Assembly: GCA_963797555.1 (NCBI GenBank)
Contig: CAWCPV010000017.1
Location: 32,001-96,000, forward strand
From: an uncultured Gammaproteobacteria bacterium
GTDB lineage: Bacteria; Pseudomonadota; Gammaproteobacteria; CAWCPV01
Direction of reading: 5' to 3'
Length of the DNA stretch: 64,000 nt
Position numbers and translations under genes: made by a program. Shown in pieces: positions 32,153-42,930 of this stretch (positions within the stretch are counted from its first letter, which is position 1; each line of letters opens with the position of its first letter). The notes under the pieces were generated by a model. It was not told the origin of the DNA, searched no databases, and saw nothing but the letters and a program-made list of their open reading frames with translations.

Positions 32153-32994
32153 CGACATGCGATCAGCCCCTTTCTTCCAAAAAGAGCTTCAAGCTTAGGC
32201 TCGCCATCGGCGTATTGCCTTACCACAGAGGTCGATACTATGGTCTCAACCTCATGGAGAAAGTACTTTAGCTGCGGAATGGAAGCGTCATCCTTGAAGA
32301 CAATTCGATTGTCAGCACGGTAACGCTCCAAAGAGGGCCGCGCGCCAACCGCATTGTACGGAAAGGCCCATCCCCTCTTCGGCGCTTTGCATGGCCTTTT
32401 TGTTGTGGGGTGAGGCGGCTCATAGAATCTGAAGTTATCGGATGTTGGATCCTTAATGGTGTCGGACTGCTTTCCAGCTGGCATCGATGGTTCCACTTCC
32501 CGCCAGATCCAAACCACGGCCCCCTGCTGTCTAGCATCCCCTTCTGCTACGAGCCTGCCAATGGCATCTCGGTACTCGGCTCTCTTGTAGGGGTACAGTC
32601 CCTTCCACGGGTCAGACTTGGCCGCATCCCGTCGGGATTCACCCTGACTCATCGCCTCTTCGATGTGTCGCAATTTATGCTCTTGATAAAGATTTCGAAG
32701 TCTCGCCTCGATCTCAGTCAGCGGTGGAAATTGATTCTGCAGCGACGCCACGAGTTCCATCACTTCAGAGAATCCCGGCTTGGTCTCTCGAAACGAAGAG
32801 CCGTCCGCTTCGACGACACTGCTGTTTCGAGCAAAGACTTCGATGTATTCATGATTCGTCGAATACGTCGGAGAGTTGTTGCTGACAGTATCGCGGACCC
32901 ATATTACTTCTTCGATTCTGTTGCCATGACCAAACGTATCTCGCAGCTGCCACTCAAGATTAGATCGCTCTATTTCGTTGATGCTCGCAAATAG

Positions 32995-34509
32995 GGCTCT
33001 TTCGGTAATTGTGTGGATCGTGGTGGTCGAGTAGCATCCGTTCTGAGCAATCGTCTATCACAACATCTTGTGGTTGGGCTTGTGGGGTTGTGGGCGAGAG
33101 GCCCGCGAGTGTGGGCAACCGGGAGGTTGTCCACACGGTCCTTGGGACGCGGGCCGCTCCGCAGGACTCGTCCACAAATCCACAGGCCATCAAGGGGGGA
33201 GCGCCATGGAGCCAACGCATCTATTCACGACGGCACTGGGCCTCACGGCGCCTTGGGAAGTCACCGGCGTACGCTTTGACCCCGAGGCTGGGCGCATCGA
33301 CCTCGAGGTGGCCTTTGCCAAGGGGAGCCGCTTCGCCTGCCCGGCGTGCGGAGTGCCAGGCCAGCCGGTGCATGATACCCGCAAGCGCAGCTGGCAGCAC
33401 CTGAGCTTCTTTAAGTCACGGGCAGACCTGCACGCGCATCTGCCGCGAGTGCGCTGTGAGAGCTGCGGCAAGACGACTCAGGTCGAGCCGCCGTGGGCGC
33501 GCGCACAGAGTGGCTTCACGGCGCTGATGGAGGCACTGGTGGTGACGCTGTGCCAGGCGATGCCGGTGGCGACCGTCGCCCGGCACCTGGGCGTGGGCGA
33601 TGAGCGCCTGTGGGGGGTGCTCGAGCACTACGTGGAGGCGGCCCGCGCCCAGGAGGACCACTCCCCGGTGCGCGCCGTGGGCCTGGACGAGACCGCCGCC
33701 CGGCGGGGGCAGCACTACATCAGCCTGTTCCATGACCTCACGGGCAAACGCCTGCTGTTCGCCTGCGAGGGCCGCGACCAGAGCACCGTGGCGGCCTTTG
33801 CCGCCGACCTCCAGGCGCACGGGGGCGACCCGCAGGCCATCGAGCAGGTGTGCATCGACCTGTCCGCCGCTTATCTCGCCGGGGTGACCAAGCATCTGCC
33901 TAAAGCCACGGTGAGCTTCGATGCCTTCCATGTCATCCAGCTCGCCAACCAGGCCGTCGATACAGTGCGCCGCGAGGAGGTCAAGACCGAGCCCGCCCTC
34001 AGGGGCACCCGCTGGACCTGGCTCAAAGACGCCCACGACTGGACCTGGGAGCAGCTCACCGACTTTCACTGGCTCTCCCGCGCCCGCCTCAAGACCGCCC
34101 GCGCCTGGCGCCTCAAGGAGGCGCTGCGCGATATCTACGCCACGGCCACCACCGCCGAGCAGGCCGAGACCGCGCTCACGCGCTGGTATAGCTGGGCACG
34201 GCGTAGCCGCCTGCAACCCATGAAGCACCTCGCTGCCACTCTGAAAGACCACTGGGACGGTGTGCTCGCCACGTTCGACTCCGGCCTCACCAACGGCCGC
34301 GCCGAGGGCATCAACTCCCTCATCCAGGCCGCCAAAGCCCGCGCCCGGGGCTACCGCACCACGCACTCGCTCATCACCATCGCCTACCTCATCGCGGGCA
34401 ACCTGGCCCACTTGCCGGCCTCGCCGTTCAACACACGATCTTGTGTCAGACCTCAGGCAGAGGCTGCCGCAGCGTAAGCATATCTACCCACACGATTCCG
34501 GTAAGAACC
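32995..34509 (+). mobile_element. ISL3-family element
   Basis: IRs GGCTCTTTCGGTAATTGTGTGG / GGTTCTTACCGGAATCGTGTGG; 8-bp TSD GCAAATAG at 32987-32994 and 34510-34517. Confidence 0.92.
33206..34477 (+). CDS. ISL3-family transposase (intact)
   Basis: CPACG zinc finger, GLDET, CIDLS, FDAFHV, TNGRAEGINS..ARGYR. Confidence 0.92.
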   Translation: MEPTHLFTTALGLTAPWEVTGVRFDPEAGRIDLEVAFAKGSRFACPACGVPGQPVHDTRKRSWQHLSFFKSRADLHAHLPRVRCESCGKTTQVEPPWARAQSGFTALMEALVVTLCQAMPVATVARHLGVGDERLWGVLEHYVEAARAQEDHSPVRAVGLDETAARRGQHYISLFHDLTGKRLLFACEGRDQSTVAAFAADLQAHGGDPQAIEQVCIDLSAAYLAGVTKHLPKATVSFDAFHVIQLANQAVDTVRREEVKTEPALRGTRWTWLKDAHDWTWEQLTDFHWLSRARLKTARAWRLKEALRDIYATATTAEQAETALTRWYSWARRSRLQPMKHLAATLKDHWDGVLATFDSGLTNGRAEGINSLIQAAKARARGYRTTHSLITIAYLIAGNLAHLPASPFNTRSCVRPQAEAAAA

Positions 34510-34620
34510 GCAAATAGTAGCCCGTTGACCCTCATCAGTCTGCGAGCAGTTGCCAGTCGATCGTTCATCATCGACGCCCAACTGGCGCTCTTATACGTGT
34601 CTTTGTACGCGAAACCATCC

Positions 34621-36605
34621 GGAGAGTAGACCGGGGCCTTACCATCGGGTAGGTTGAAGTTGGTGTTCTCCGTTAGCCGCCTGGTTTCCCGGCGGTGCCA
34701 CAATATCTCAACCGTACGTTGGCTTGTCCTCCGGTCCCTCGCAGAACCGGACATGGAGCGTTACACCATCCGGCTCCCAGTCTGAGTCTTCCACAGAGGA
34801 ATGGGATAGAGGTCGTGAACGATGCGGGCCGTGGGGAGCAGAGGCCGGATCACCCGGCCAAAGCGCTTCCAGGTCATCGAGCGCCGTTGGCTGCGCCGGT
34901 TCAGCCACTTGAACAAGTAGTGCGTGGCAAAGTACACATAGCTCGCCACGCCACAGCTGTTGCCGCTGACGCCGTAGTACTGGATATGTCCGCGCAGATG
35001 GCGCCCGACAAGGCCACCATGGCCTGCCCACCTTTGGCCCGCAGAGTCCGCAGGCGTCCACTGAGCTGCTTGAGCTTCTTGCGGACCCGCTTGCCTTCCG
35101 TCTTGCGCCCCACCACAAAGCGCCCTGTGCGGCTGCGCCCGAGGTAGTGGGTGAATCCGAGAAAGCTGAAGGTCCGGGGTGCGTCACCGTGGCCGGGGTC
35201 ATCACCCGGGGCTTGGCTGCCGAAGGGCAGCACCGCCGTCTTACGGGGCTCCACCTGCAAGTCGAATTGCGCCAGCCGCTGCTCCATCTCCGTCTGGAAG
35301 CGCCGAGCATCGGCCTCCTGCTCAAAGCAGGCGACATAATCGTCAGCGTAGCGGATGAGGTAAGCCTTTCCGCCACAGCTTTTCACATAGCGCTTTTCGA
35401 ACCACAGGTCGAGCACATAATGCAGGTAGATGTTGCTCAGCACCGGCGAGACCAATCCCCCTTGCGGGGTACCTTCCTCGGTGGCGCTGAACACCCCGTC
35501 TTCCATGACCCCGGCCTTGAGGAAGCGCTGGATGAGCCGCAGCACCTTGGGGTCGGCGATCCGCTGCTCCAGGAACCGCATCAAGTGGGTGTGTGACACA
35601 TGCTCAAAGAAGCCTTTGATGTCGGCCTCCACCACCCACTGCGTCCCCTTGGTAATGACCTCTGCCACCTGTCGCAGCGCATCGTGCGCGCTGCGCCCGG
35701 GGCGAAAGCCATAGCAGCAGTCCCGGAACTCCGGCTCCCAGATGGCCTGCAGAACCTGGCTGAGCCGGTCCTGCACCAAACGGTCCTCAAAGCAAGGAAT
35801 TCCTAACGGCCGGTAACGTCCATCGCCTTTCGGCAGGTACACCCGCCGCACCGGCTGGGGCCGATAGCCCATCCGGCGCAGCCGCTGCGACAGCTCCGCT
35901 ATCCGCCCTTCCACTCCTTCGGCATACTGCTCCTTGCTCATCCCATCGACTCCGGGCGCCTTCTTCCCGTCCTGGCGCTCGAAGCTCTCGCGCAAACCCT
36001 CCGGGTCGAACACCCACCCCATCAGGGCGTTGAACCGCATCCGCGGCTCTTCGCGCGACTTCTGTGCGAAACGCTCAAGTCGTGTAGTCACGGTCATAGT
36101 CCTCTCAGCGTAGGGCCGTGTTTCCCTCTCGCGTTGTCTCAGACCGCCACCCCTTCGCTCCGCCTGCATTACCAGACCTCCACGCTACTATGGGTGGCTC
36201 CGACTTCCGAACGCCTCCGCCCGCGTCCTCGCTTCTACACTCGTTCACGGGTGCCCACACCCTGTGGACCGACGCCCGGATCTCCTTGGTTACCGCCTAC
36301 TCGCGATGTCAGGCTCGATACGGCCTCGGACCCCGGGGAGTACCCGCACCACTCGCCTTGACGCTGCACGGGTTGTAGCCTGCCGGAGGGTCAAACCCGT
36401 CGGCACTCTCCCACTGAATTTTTCGGGGCTCTACACCTTCAAGGTCGGCATCACCCGTTACCCTTGCACCTCGCCTGCTTTCGTGCCTACGCATCAATCC
36501 GCCCGTTGCCGGACAAACTGCAAGGCTCGATACTGGACCCGTGGCTAGCGGCTATCCAGGTGGGCTTCCCACCCACTCAAGTACGCGGCATTGCCAAGCC
36601 GCAAC
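34621..36605 (-). mobile_element. Group II intron inserted in mod
   Basis: 5' end GTTGCG; domain V GAGCCGGATGGTGTAACGCTCCATGTCCGGTTC; 3' end CTACTCTCC; exons ligate to DPPYNTGQDGFAYKD. Boundary ambiguous by 1 nt. Confidence 0.9.
34761..36097 (-). CDS. ltrA: Group II intron reverse transcriptase/maturase (no endonuclease domain; frameshift near 35000)
   Basis: KAPGVDG, RPLGIP, GFRPGRSAHDAL, GTPQGG, RYADD; domain X continues KWLNRRSQR in another frame. Confidence 0.88.
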
Positions 36606-37124
36606 TGACCCGTGTTGTAGGGCGGATCGATGTAGATGCACTTCACTTGCTCGCCGTACCGCGGCTGCATCAACGACAGCGCTTGAAAATTCTCACTGTG
36701 GAAGAGCACGCCGTCCGTTTTCTCGTCCACGTCGCCGACTGCCTCTAACAGCCGCGCCGTGAAGCCGGCATCGAAGTGCCGCGTGTCCACTACCAGCGTC
36801 GGGTGCGCCTTCAGGAACTCCGGCTTGAGCGGCTTGCTGTACCGCGGCTTCGTTAGGTCGCCCTTGATCTCGTCGATGGCGAAGAGCGTCACCCACTCCT
36901 CGCGCTGCGCCTCGTTCGCCGCGATCTCCGCGTAGAACGCCTCCGGGATGCAGCCCACCGTGATGCACCACTGCGTCTCGACCACGAACTTCTTCTTCAG
37001 CCACAGCTTCTTCTGGAAGTCCTCGAGCTGGGCGAGGAAGTCGATGATCTTGCCCGCGATCTTGCGGATGACCTTGATCTTGGAGAGGTACTGCTCGACG
37101 CGCGGCGCGGTCTCGTTCTCCACG

Positions 37125-37156
<32 letters not shown>

Positions 37157-38203
37157 GAAGTCCAGCTCCCGGCGCAGGAAGGTCCCGAGATCCTTGTGGA
37201 TGAAGTAGTCGAAGGTGTTGCGCGCGGTGTAGCGCCTCAGGTGCGCCTCCAGCCGCGTGTAGTCGGCCTTCTCGCCACCGGCCGTGACGTGCGGCTTGCC
37301 CAGCTCCGCGATCCACGCGGCGAGTGAGGCGTCCGCCACCGCCAGGATGCGCTTCGTCGTGAGCGCGCGTCAGGTCCTTCTGCGCCGGTGGCTTGTTCTT
37401 GCCCGCGCTGGCATCGTCTGGCCAGTCGGTGAGCGTCGCCGGGCGGTACTCGAAGCGGATGACGAGCTCCTTGCCCTGCTCACCATCTTCCTCGGCGATG
37501 AAGTCCCGGCCCGACTCTCCGAGCGCGGCGAGGATGAACACGCGGTCCTTGCCCTCGGCGGCCTTGACGTTGCCGTGCTCGCCCTCGGCGGCGTCCGCCA
37601 GGCGGAAGTGCACGCGCATCGGCTTCTTGTCGTCGTCCGGCCGCAGGCGGAAGGCGTAGTCGCGCAGGTACTCGCTGGTCTTGATGTAGTACTGGTCCTT
37701 GTTGGCCCAGTGGAGCTTGACCTCCTCGCCCTCGTAGGGGATGGCGTAGACGCCCGGCTTGTAGACGCGCTTGGCAAGGAAGTCGCCCTCGGAGTAGTAG
37801 CGGCGGAAGAAGCTGTAGAGATGGTCGTAGACCTCGCTCTCCAGCGCACCCAGGTCCACGGCGTCGCTCTCAAGCCGGGCGCGCAGGTCCTTGACCTTGG
37901 GCGACTGCGTCCGGGTCCATGCCAGCGGCCTCGATGCCCGCGATGACCTTGGCCAGCTCCTTCTCGATCTCGGCCTTGTCGGCGGTCTTGTACAGCCCGA
38001 AGGCCGCCTGCACCTGCGGCAGCAGGTCCTTGTCGAGGAACTGCGTCACCTCGGCGCTCTTGGCGTGCATGACGCGGTAGAGGCCGAAGTCCAGGTCGGG
38101 CTGGTCGAGCTGGAACAGCTCCTTCAGCAGGGTCTTCAGCTTCTCGTACTTCTGGCTCATCCGGTGTCCCGTCCCTTGCGATTCGTTAGCGCCAGTGGCC
38201 AGC

Positions 38204-41121
38204 CTACTCGACCGCCCAGCGGATGGTGAAGAGGGTCTCCGTCTCGGTCCGCTGCGCCAGCCGGCGCTCCAGTGAGTCGATGAGCTGGTCGCGCTTCTCC
38301 ATGATCTCGTCCTCGACCTTGAAGATCTCCTGCCGCTGGCGGCGCTGCTGGCGTCTCGAGCTTCTGGATCTTCTCCTGGATCTCGTGCTGCTCGGCGAGC
38401 GTCACCGCCTGCCGCGCCTGGCGCCGCAGGGCCTTGATCTGCTCCTTGGTGTCCTGCGAGCGCCTTCTCGGCCGAGAGCACCATGTCGTCGGCCCACTTC
38501 TCCAGCTTCTCGCGCGCCTCGTTGAAGTGCGCGCTGTTCTGCTCCAGCGAGCGGCTGACTGTGGCCTTGGCGTGGCGCTCGGCTTCGCCGGCGAGGCGTT
38601 GCGCACCGCGGCCGGGATCGCGTCGTCGCTGCCCCGTCATCGCGACTCGGCCGCAGCAGCCGAAGAGCTTCTCCATCGTCTCCTGGTCGAGCGAGGCGCC
38701 GGCCGTCGTCGAAGCCGGAGAAGAGCAGGTACTCCTCCCGCTCGTAGGACTCGACGGTCAGGCGGGTCAGCGTCAGGTAGCCGCTCTTCCGCGCAGCGCC
38801 TCGACGACGTGCGAGGCGCGTCGGATGGTGCGTCACGTCGAAGACGATCCGCGCGGGCGGGGTCGGCAAGCGCCTTGGCGCCGTCCACGACATGCTCGCC
38901 GAGCGGATGCGACAGGCGGTAGAGGAAGCGGCTCTGCTCCTCGCCGCTGTCCTCGTCGGTCCCGTCGACCGCGGATGCGACTTCGAGATCAGGTGGTAGC
39001 GGCCCCTTGGGGATGTCGTCGCGCGGCGGTCGTTCGAGGTCGAAGGCCAGCGCGGCGTCGTCGAAGCGCGCCCGGTCGTCGAGCATGAAGCGCGTCAGCG
39101 ACCAGAAGCGCTGGCCGACGCGGTCGAGCTGGGCCTTGGCGTCGGCGAGCTGCAGTCGCAGCCGCTGGTGCACGTCCTCGTCGAAGTGCTCGAACAGCTT
39201 GCGGCGCGTGTCGTCGAGCCGCGTGCGGATCTGCTCGTCCATCTCCGCCTGCAGGGTGCGGAACGCGGCGTCGATCTCCTCGGGCGTGCGGCACTCCTGG
39301 TAGATGGCGAGGATGCGCTTCTCGAAGTCGACGCCCGACTCGATGCTGCCGAGCACCTCGTCGGAGGCGCCGAAGACGCCGTTGAAGAGGCTGAACTTCT
39401 CGGTCAGCAGCTCCAGCACGCGCCGGTCGGCCTCGTTGCGTTCGTTCAGGAAGTTGATGACGACCACGTCGTGCTTCTGGCCGTAGCGGTGGCAGCGGCC
39501 GATGCGCTGCTCGATGCGCTGCGGGTTCCAGGGCAGGTCGTAGTTCACGACCAGCGAGCAGAACTGCAGGTTGATGCCTTCCGCCGCCGCCTCGGTGGCG
39601 AGCAGGATGGTCGCCTCGTCGCGGAAGTGCTCGATGAGCGCCGTGCGCACGTCCACCGCGCGCGAGCCCGAGGCGCGGCCGGTGTCGCGGTTGCTCTCGA
39701 CCCAGCGCTCGTAGATCGCGGTGGCCTCCGGCCCGCCGTTGGTGCCGTTGAAGAGCACGACCTGTCCCCGGTAGCCGTGGGATTCGAGGAAGGTCTTCAG
39801 GTAGTCCTGCGTCCGGCGCGACTCGGTGAAGACCAGCGCCTTGCGCGCGGCGCCCGTCGTAGCCATCTGCTCGAAGCCGATCTCCAGCGCCTTGAGCAGC
39901 GTCTGCGTCTTGGTGTCGATGCCGATGCCGCCGCGCCCAGGTGGCGAGCCGCTGCAGGATGTCGATCTCCTCGCGCAGCTTCTGGCGGTCGATGGCGACC
40001 GGGGCGCGCCTCGGGCTCTCCGGCTTCCTCGTCCTCCGCGAGGATCTCGTCGAGCAGGTCGTCCTCGATCTCCTCTGCCTCGATCAGCCGCTCGGCGAAC
40101 TCCGGATCGCTCTGCAGCCCGCTCGTCGCGCAGCGTTTCCAGGCGCAGCCGCAGCGTGTCGAGCGTGGCGGCGATGGCCTGCGACGACGAGGCGAGCAGC
40201 TTGCGGAGGATCAGCGCGGTCAGGTGCCGTTGCCGCTGCGGAAGCGCGTAGCTGTTCTCGCGCTGGAGGAAGGCGGAGACCGCCTCGTACAGCGCGTGCT
40301 CGTCGTCGGTCGGCTTGAACGGCCGCGTGATCGGCCGCCGCTCGGTGTAGCGGATGTACTCAGTCACCTGGTTGCGCAGCGTACGCTTGCAGAAGCCGCG
40401 AGGCGCTGCCGCAGGGCGCTCGAGGTTGCTGCCGGCGCTGGCGTACTGGGAACGGAAAGAGTTGACGTCGCCGAACAGGTGCTCGTCGATAAGCGTCGAG
40501 AGGCCGTACAGCTCGAGCAGCGAGTTCTGCAGCGGCGTCGCCGTCAGCAGGAGCTTGCGGCAGTCCTCGGTCGCCCAGCGGATGCCCTGGCCGACTTTGT
40601 TGCTCGGCCGGTAGGCGTTGCGCAGCTTGTGGGCCTCGTCGATGACGACGAGATCCCAGGCGATCGCTCTTCAGTTCCTCGCGCAGGCTGTTCGCGTAGT
40701 TGAAGGACAGGATCAGCGATAGCTGTTCGCTGTCAGCGGTGTCTTGCCTGTCTCGCCTGGCTTCGCGGTAAGCCTTCGCGTCGAGCACCAGCACGGGGAG
40801 GTTGAACTTCTCCTCGAGCTCCAGCGCCCACTGCTTGCGGATCGACGCCGGGCAGATCACCAGCAGCCGGCGCTTGCGCTCCGCCCAGAACTGGCACAGC
40901 ACGATGCCGGCCTCGATCGTCTTTCCGAGGCCCACCTCGTCGGCCAGGATCACGCCCTTGGAAAGCGGCGACTGCAGGGCGAACAGCGCCGCCTCGATCT
41001 GGTGCGGATTCAGATCGACCGCGGCGTCGAACAGCGACATGGACAGCCGGTCCATGCCGCTCGCGGCGCGGCGCGTCAGGTCGTGGGCGAAGTACTTGGC
41101 TTGGTGAGGCGTGAGGCTCAT
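38204..41121 (-). pseudogene. SNF2-family helicase/ATPase, many 1-bp frameshifts (decay or sequencing error)
   Basis: DLNPHQIEAA, LADEVGLGKTIEAG, VFTESRRTQ, TEAAAEGINLQF, YDLPWNPQRIEQRIGRCHRYGQ; ends LFTIRWAVE 44 bp before mod. Confidence 0.88.
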
Positions 41122-41409
41122 CGGCGCGGTCGTCCGATGGACGCCGCAGGCATATGGCGGGTCGGCTGCAAGCACGAGTTCAAGTAAGCCGCTGCGCGGC
41201 AAGGTCTTTTGGCCTTCTGTGCCCCCCTATCCCCCACCCTCTCCTCTGCCCGCCGTCCCTGCCGAGGCAGTGCTGAGTGAATATACAGCGCGTTACGTTG
41301 CGTGTGAAGTTCCGTCTGACAGAGACCGCTTACGGGCTTGTTCTGTGTATCGCCCGATTCCTGTCAAGGCGCCTGCGAGCAGACCGCCTTTTCGCTGTGA
41401 CCTACCTCC

Positions 41410-41437
41410 TTGACACACTTGGCTCTTCCCTTATACT
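41410..41437 (+). promoter_or_regulatory. Sigma70-type promoter of the TA operon
   Basis: TTGACA-N16-TATACT, 36 bp upstream of the antitoxin ATG. Confidence 0.6.
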
Positions 41438-41473
41438 GAAATCACCGGTTTAACTTGCTTATTTTTATCTTGC

Positions 41474-41836
41474 ATGGCCAGGGTCACCAAAACCATAGGA
41501 TTCTCGGTCCCGCCCTCCATGGCCGAGGAGTTCGAAAGCCTGGCGCGGGACGAGCGCAGAACGAAGAGCGAGCTCTTCCGGGAGATGCTGCGCCTGTACC
41601 GGACATACCGCCAGCGGGTCGGTGGGGTGGACGAGGAGCGATTTGACCAGCTCGTCGAGCGGGTGCTTCGGGAAGCGCAGGAGAACCCCATGAGCGCCGA
41701 GGAGATGGACGAGGTCGAGCAGCGGCTCATGCGATACGGGGCACGCAAGGCCCGGGAGCTGGGTATCGCAGAAGAAGATGTAGACCGCATCGTGTATGCA
41801 GAAAGAAAAAAGCGAGAGGTTCCGGGTCGTCCTTGA
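41474..41836 (+). CDS. RHH/CopG-family antitoxin
   Basis: KTIGFSVPPSMAEEFESLARDERRTKSELFREMLRLY; overlaps the PIN gene. Confidence 0.8.
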   Translation: MARVTKTIGFSVPPSMAEEFESLARDERRTKSELFREMLRLYRTYRQRVGGVDEERFDQLVERVLREAQENPMSAEEMDEVEQRLMRYGARKARELGIAEEDVDRIVYAERKKREVPGRP

Positions 41837-42227
41837 CACCAATATCTACGTCTCCGCGTTTACCTCTCGCCCGGGACCGCCGCTTTCCTTGTGGAAGCGC
41901 GCGAGGCGCGGGAGCTATCGGCTCCTGGTGTCGCCGACCATCATCAGAGAGCTTGCCCGCGTGCTTCGCGAGCGCTTCTTCTGGGGAGAGGAGCAGGTCC
42001 TTCTGCATCTCAAGCTCATTGCCAGTGCGGGCGAGGTGATCGCTCCAAAAGCCGTTCCAGTGGTGATCGAGCGGGACCCCGCCGACAACGAGATCCTGGC
42101 CTGCGCCATCGCCGGGCGCGCCGACCTCATCGTGACGGGAGACCGGGACCTGCTGCGGCTCAAGTCCTACGACACGGTAGGCATCGTGCGCCCGCGGGAC
42201 TTCCTGCGAACCCTGGGAGGCACATGA
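41796..42227 (+). CDS. PIN-domain toxin (VapC-like)
   Basis: VVLDTNIYVSA, RDPADNEILACA, ADLIVTGDRDLL. Confidence 0.9.
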   Translation: MQKEKSERFRVVLDTNIYVSAFTSRPGPPLSLWKRARRGSYRLLVSPTIIRELARVLRERFFWGEEQVLLHLKLIASAGEVIAPKAVPVVIERDPADNEILACAIAGRADLIVTGDRDLLRLKSYDTVGIVRPRDFLRTLGGT

Positions 42228-42345
42228 TATTTTGTTCGGGTCCTGGGCTTGCGTGAAACGGTATCAGGGGAGGAATATCCGACGTCGGATACCGCAGGCC
42301 CGCCCTAAGGACCTTGCTCACGATAGTAATAAGTAGTTGAAACAT

Positions 42346-42609
42346 ATGACAACAATACTTGCGATAGCCAACCAAAAAGGGGGGGTTGGAAACATTCCGC
42401 TGGCGGAGCTCGAGAGCCGCATCGACGAGCTATCTCCTTACCTGGAGCGCCCCATCGCCCTGGTCTGCCGCACCGACCGGAGCTCCGCCAAGGCTGCCCA
42501 GGCCCTGAGCGGCAGGGGGTTTGCGGACGTACACGTGGTCATCGGCGGCATGACCGCCTGGAATCGGGCGGGCTGGGCGGTGACGAGAGACCCCGCTCGG
42601 AACGAGTGA
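42346..42609 (+). pseudogene. Chimera of ParA N-terminus and rhodanese-domain C-terminus
   Basis: MTTILAIANQKGGVG joined in frame to NIPLAEL..VCRTDRSSAKAA..GGMTAW. Confidence 0.8.
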
Positions 42610-42930
42610 GCGGGTGAAGATTCTGTTCGTCCTGACTGGCCCCACCTTACCCCCACGGAACGCTGCTACACGAGAATCGCCACCCTGCCGGTCGGTCGCC
42701 TGCCTCCCCATCGAGCCCAGCATGTCCCTGAGCATATCGATGTCGCCCATGGCGCCCAGGAGTCTCGGGCGGCGATTCCGCTGCCGGGCAGGAATCCCTG
42801 GTTCCGTCGCGCCTGCCCCTCTGGTGGCGGCAACCGGTGCCACACTCACGAGGCGCCTCTAGTGCCCCGCATCGGCCCCTGCCGGGCTTTGCACTCGCGG
42901 CGAAACTAGCCGAGCTGTCGGACATGCGGA

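Larger units (their letters stand above)
28792..32159 (+). mobile_element. IS4-family (IS50 group) element with passenger gene
   Basis: 19-bp IRs CATG(G/T)CGTTATACACATCT (Tn5-end-like); 9-bp TSD CGATCAGCC at 28783-28791 and 32160-32168. Confidence 0.92.

Noticed and set aside
34761-36169. RT as retron, DGR or defence-associated RT
   Set aside because: YADD RT with domain X, a clear domain V, and exons that ligate in frame identify a group II intron.
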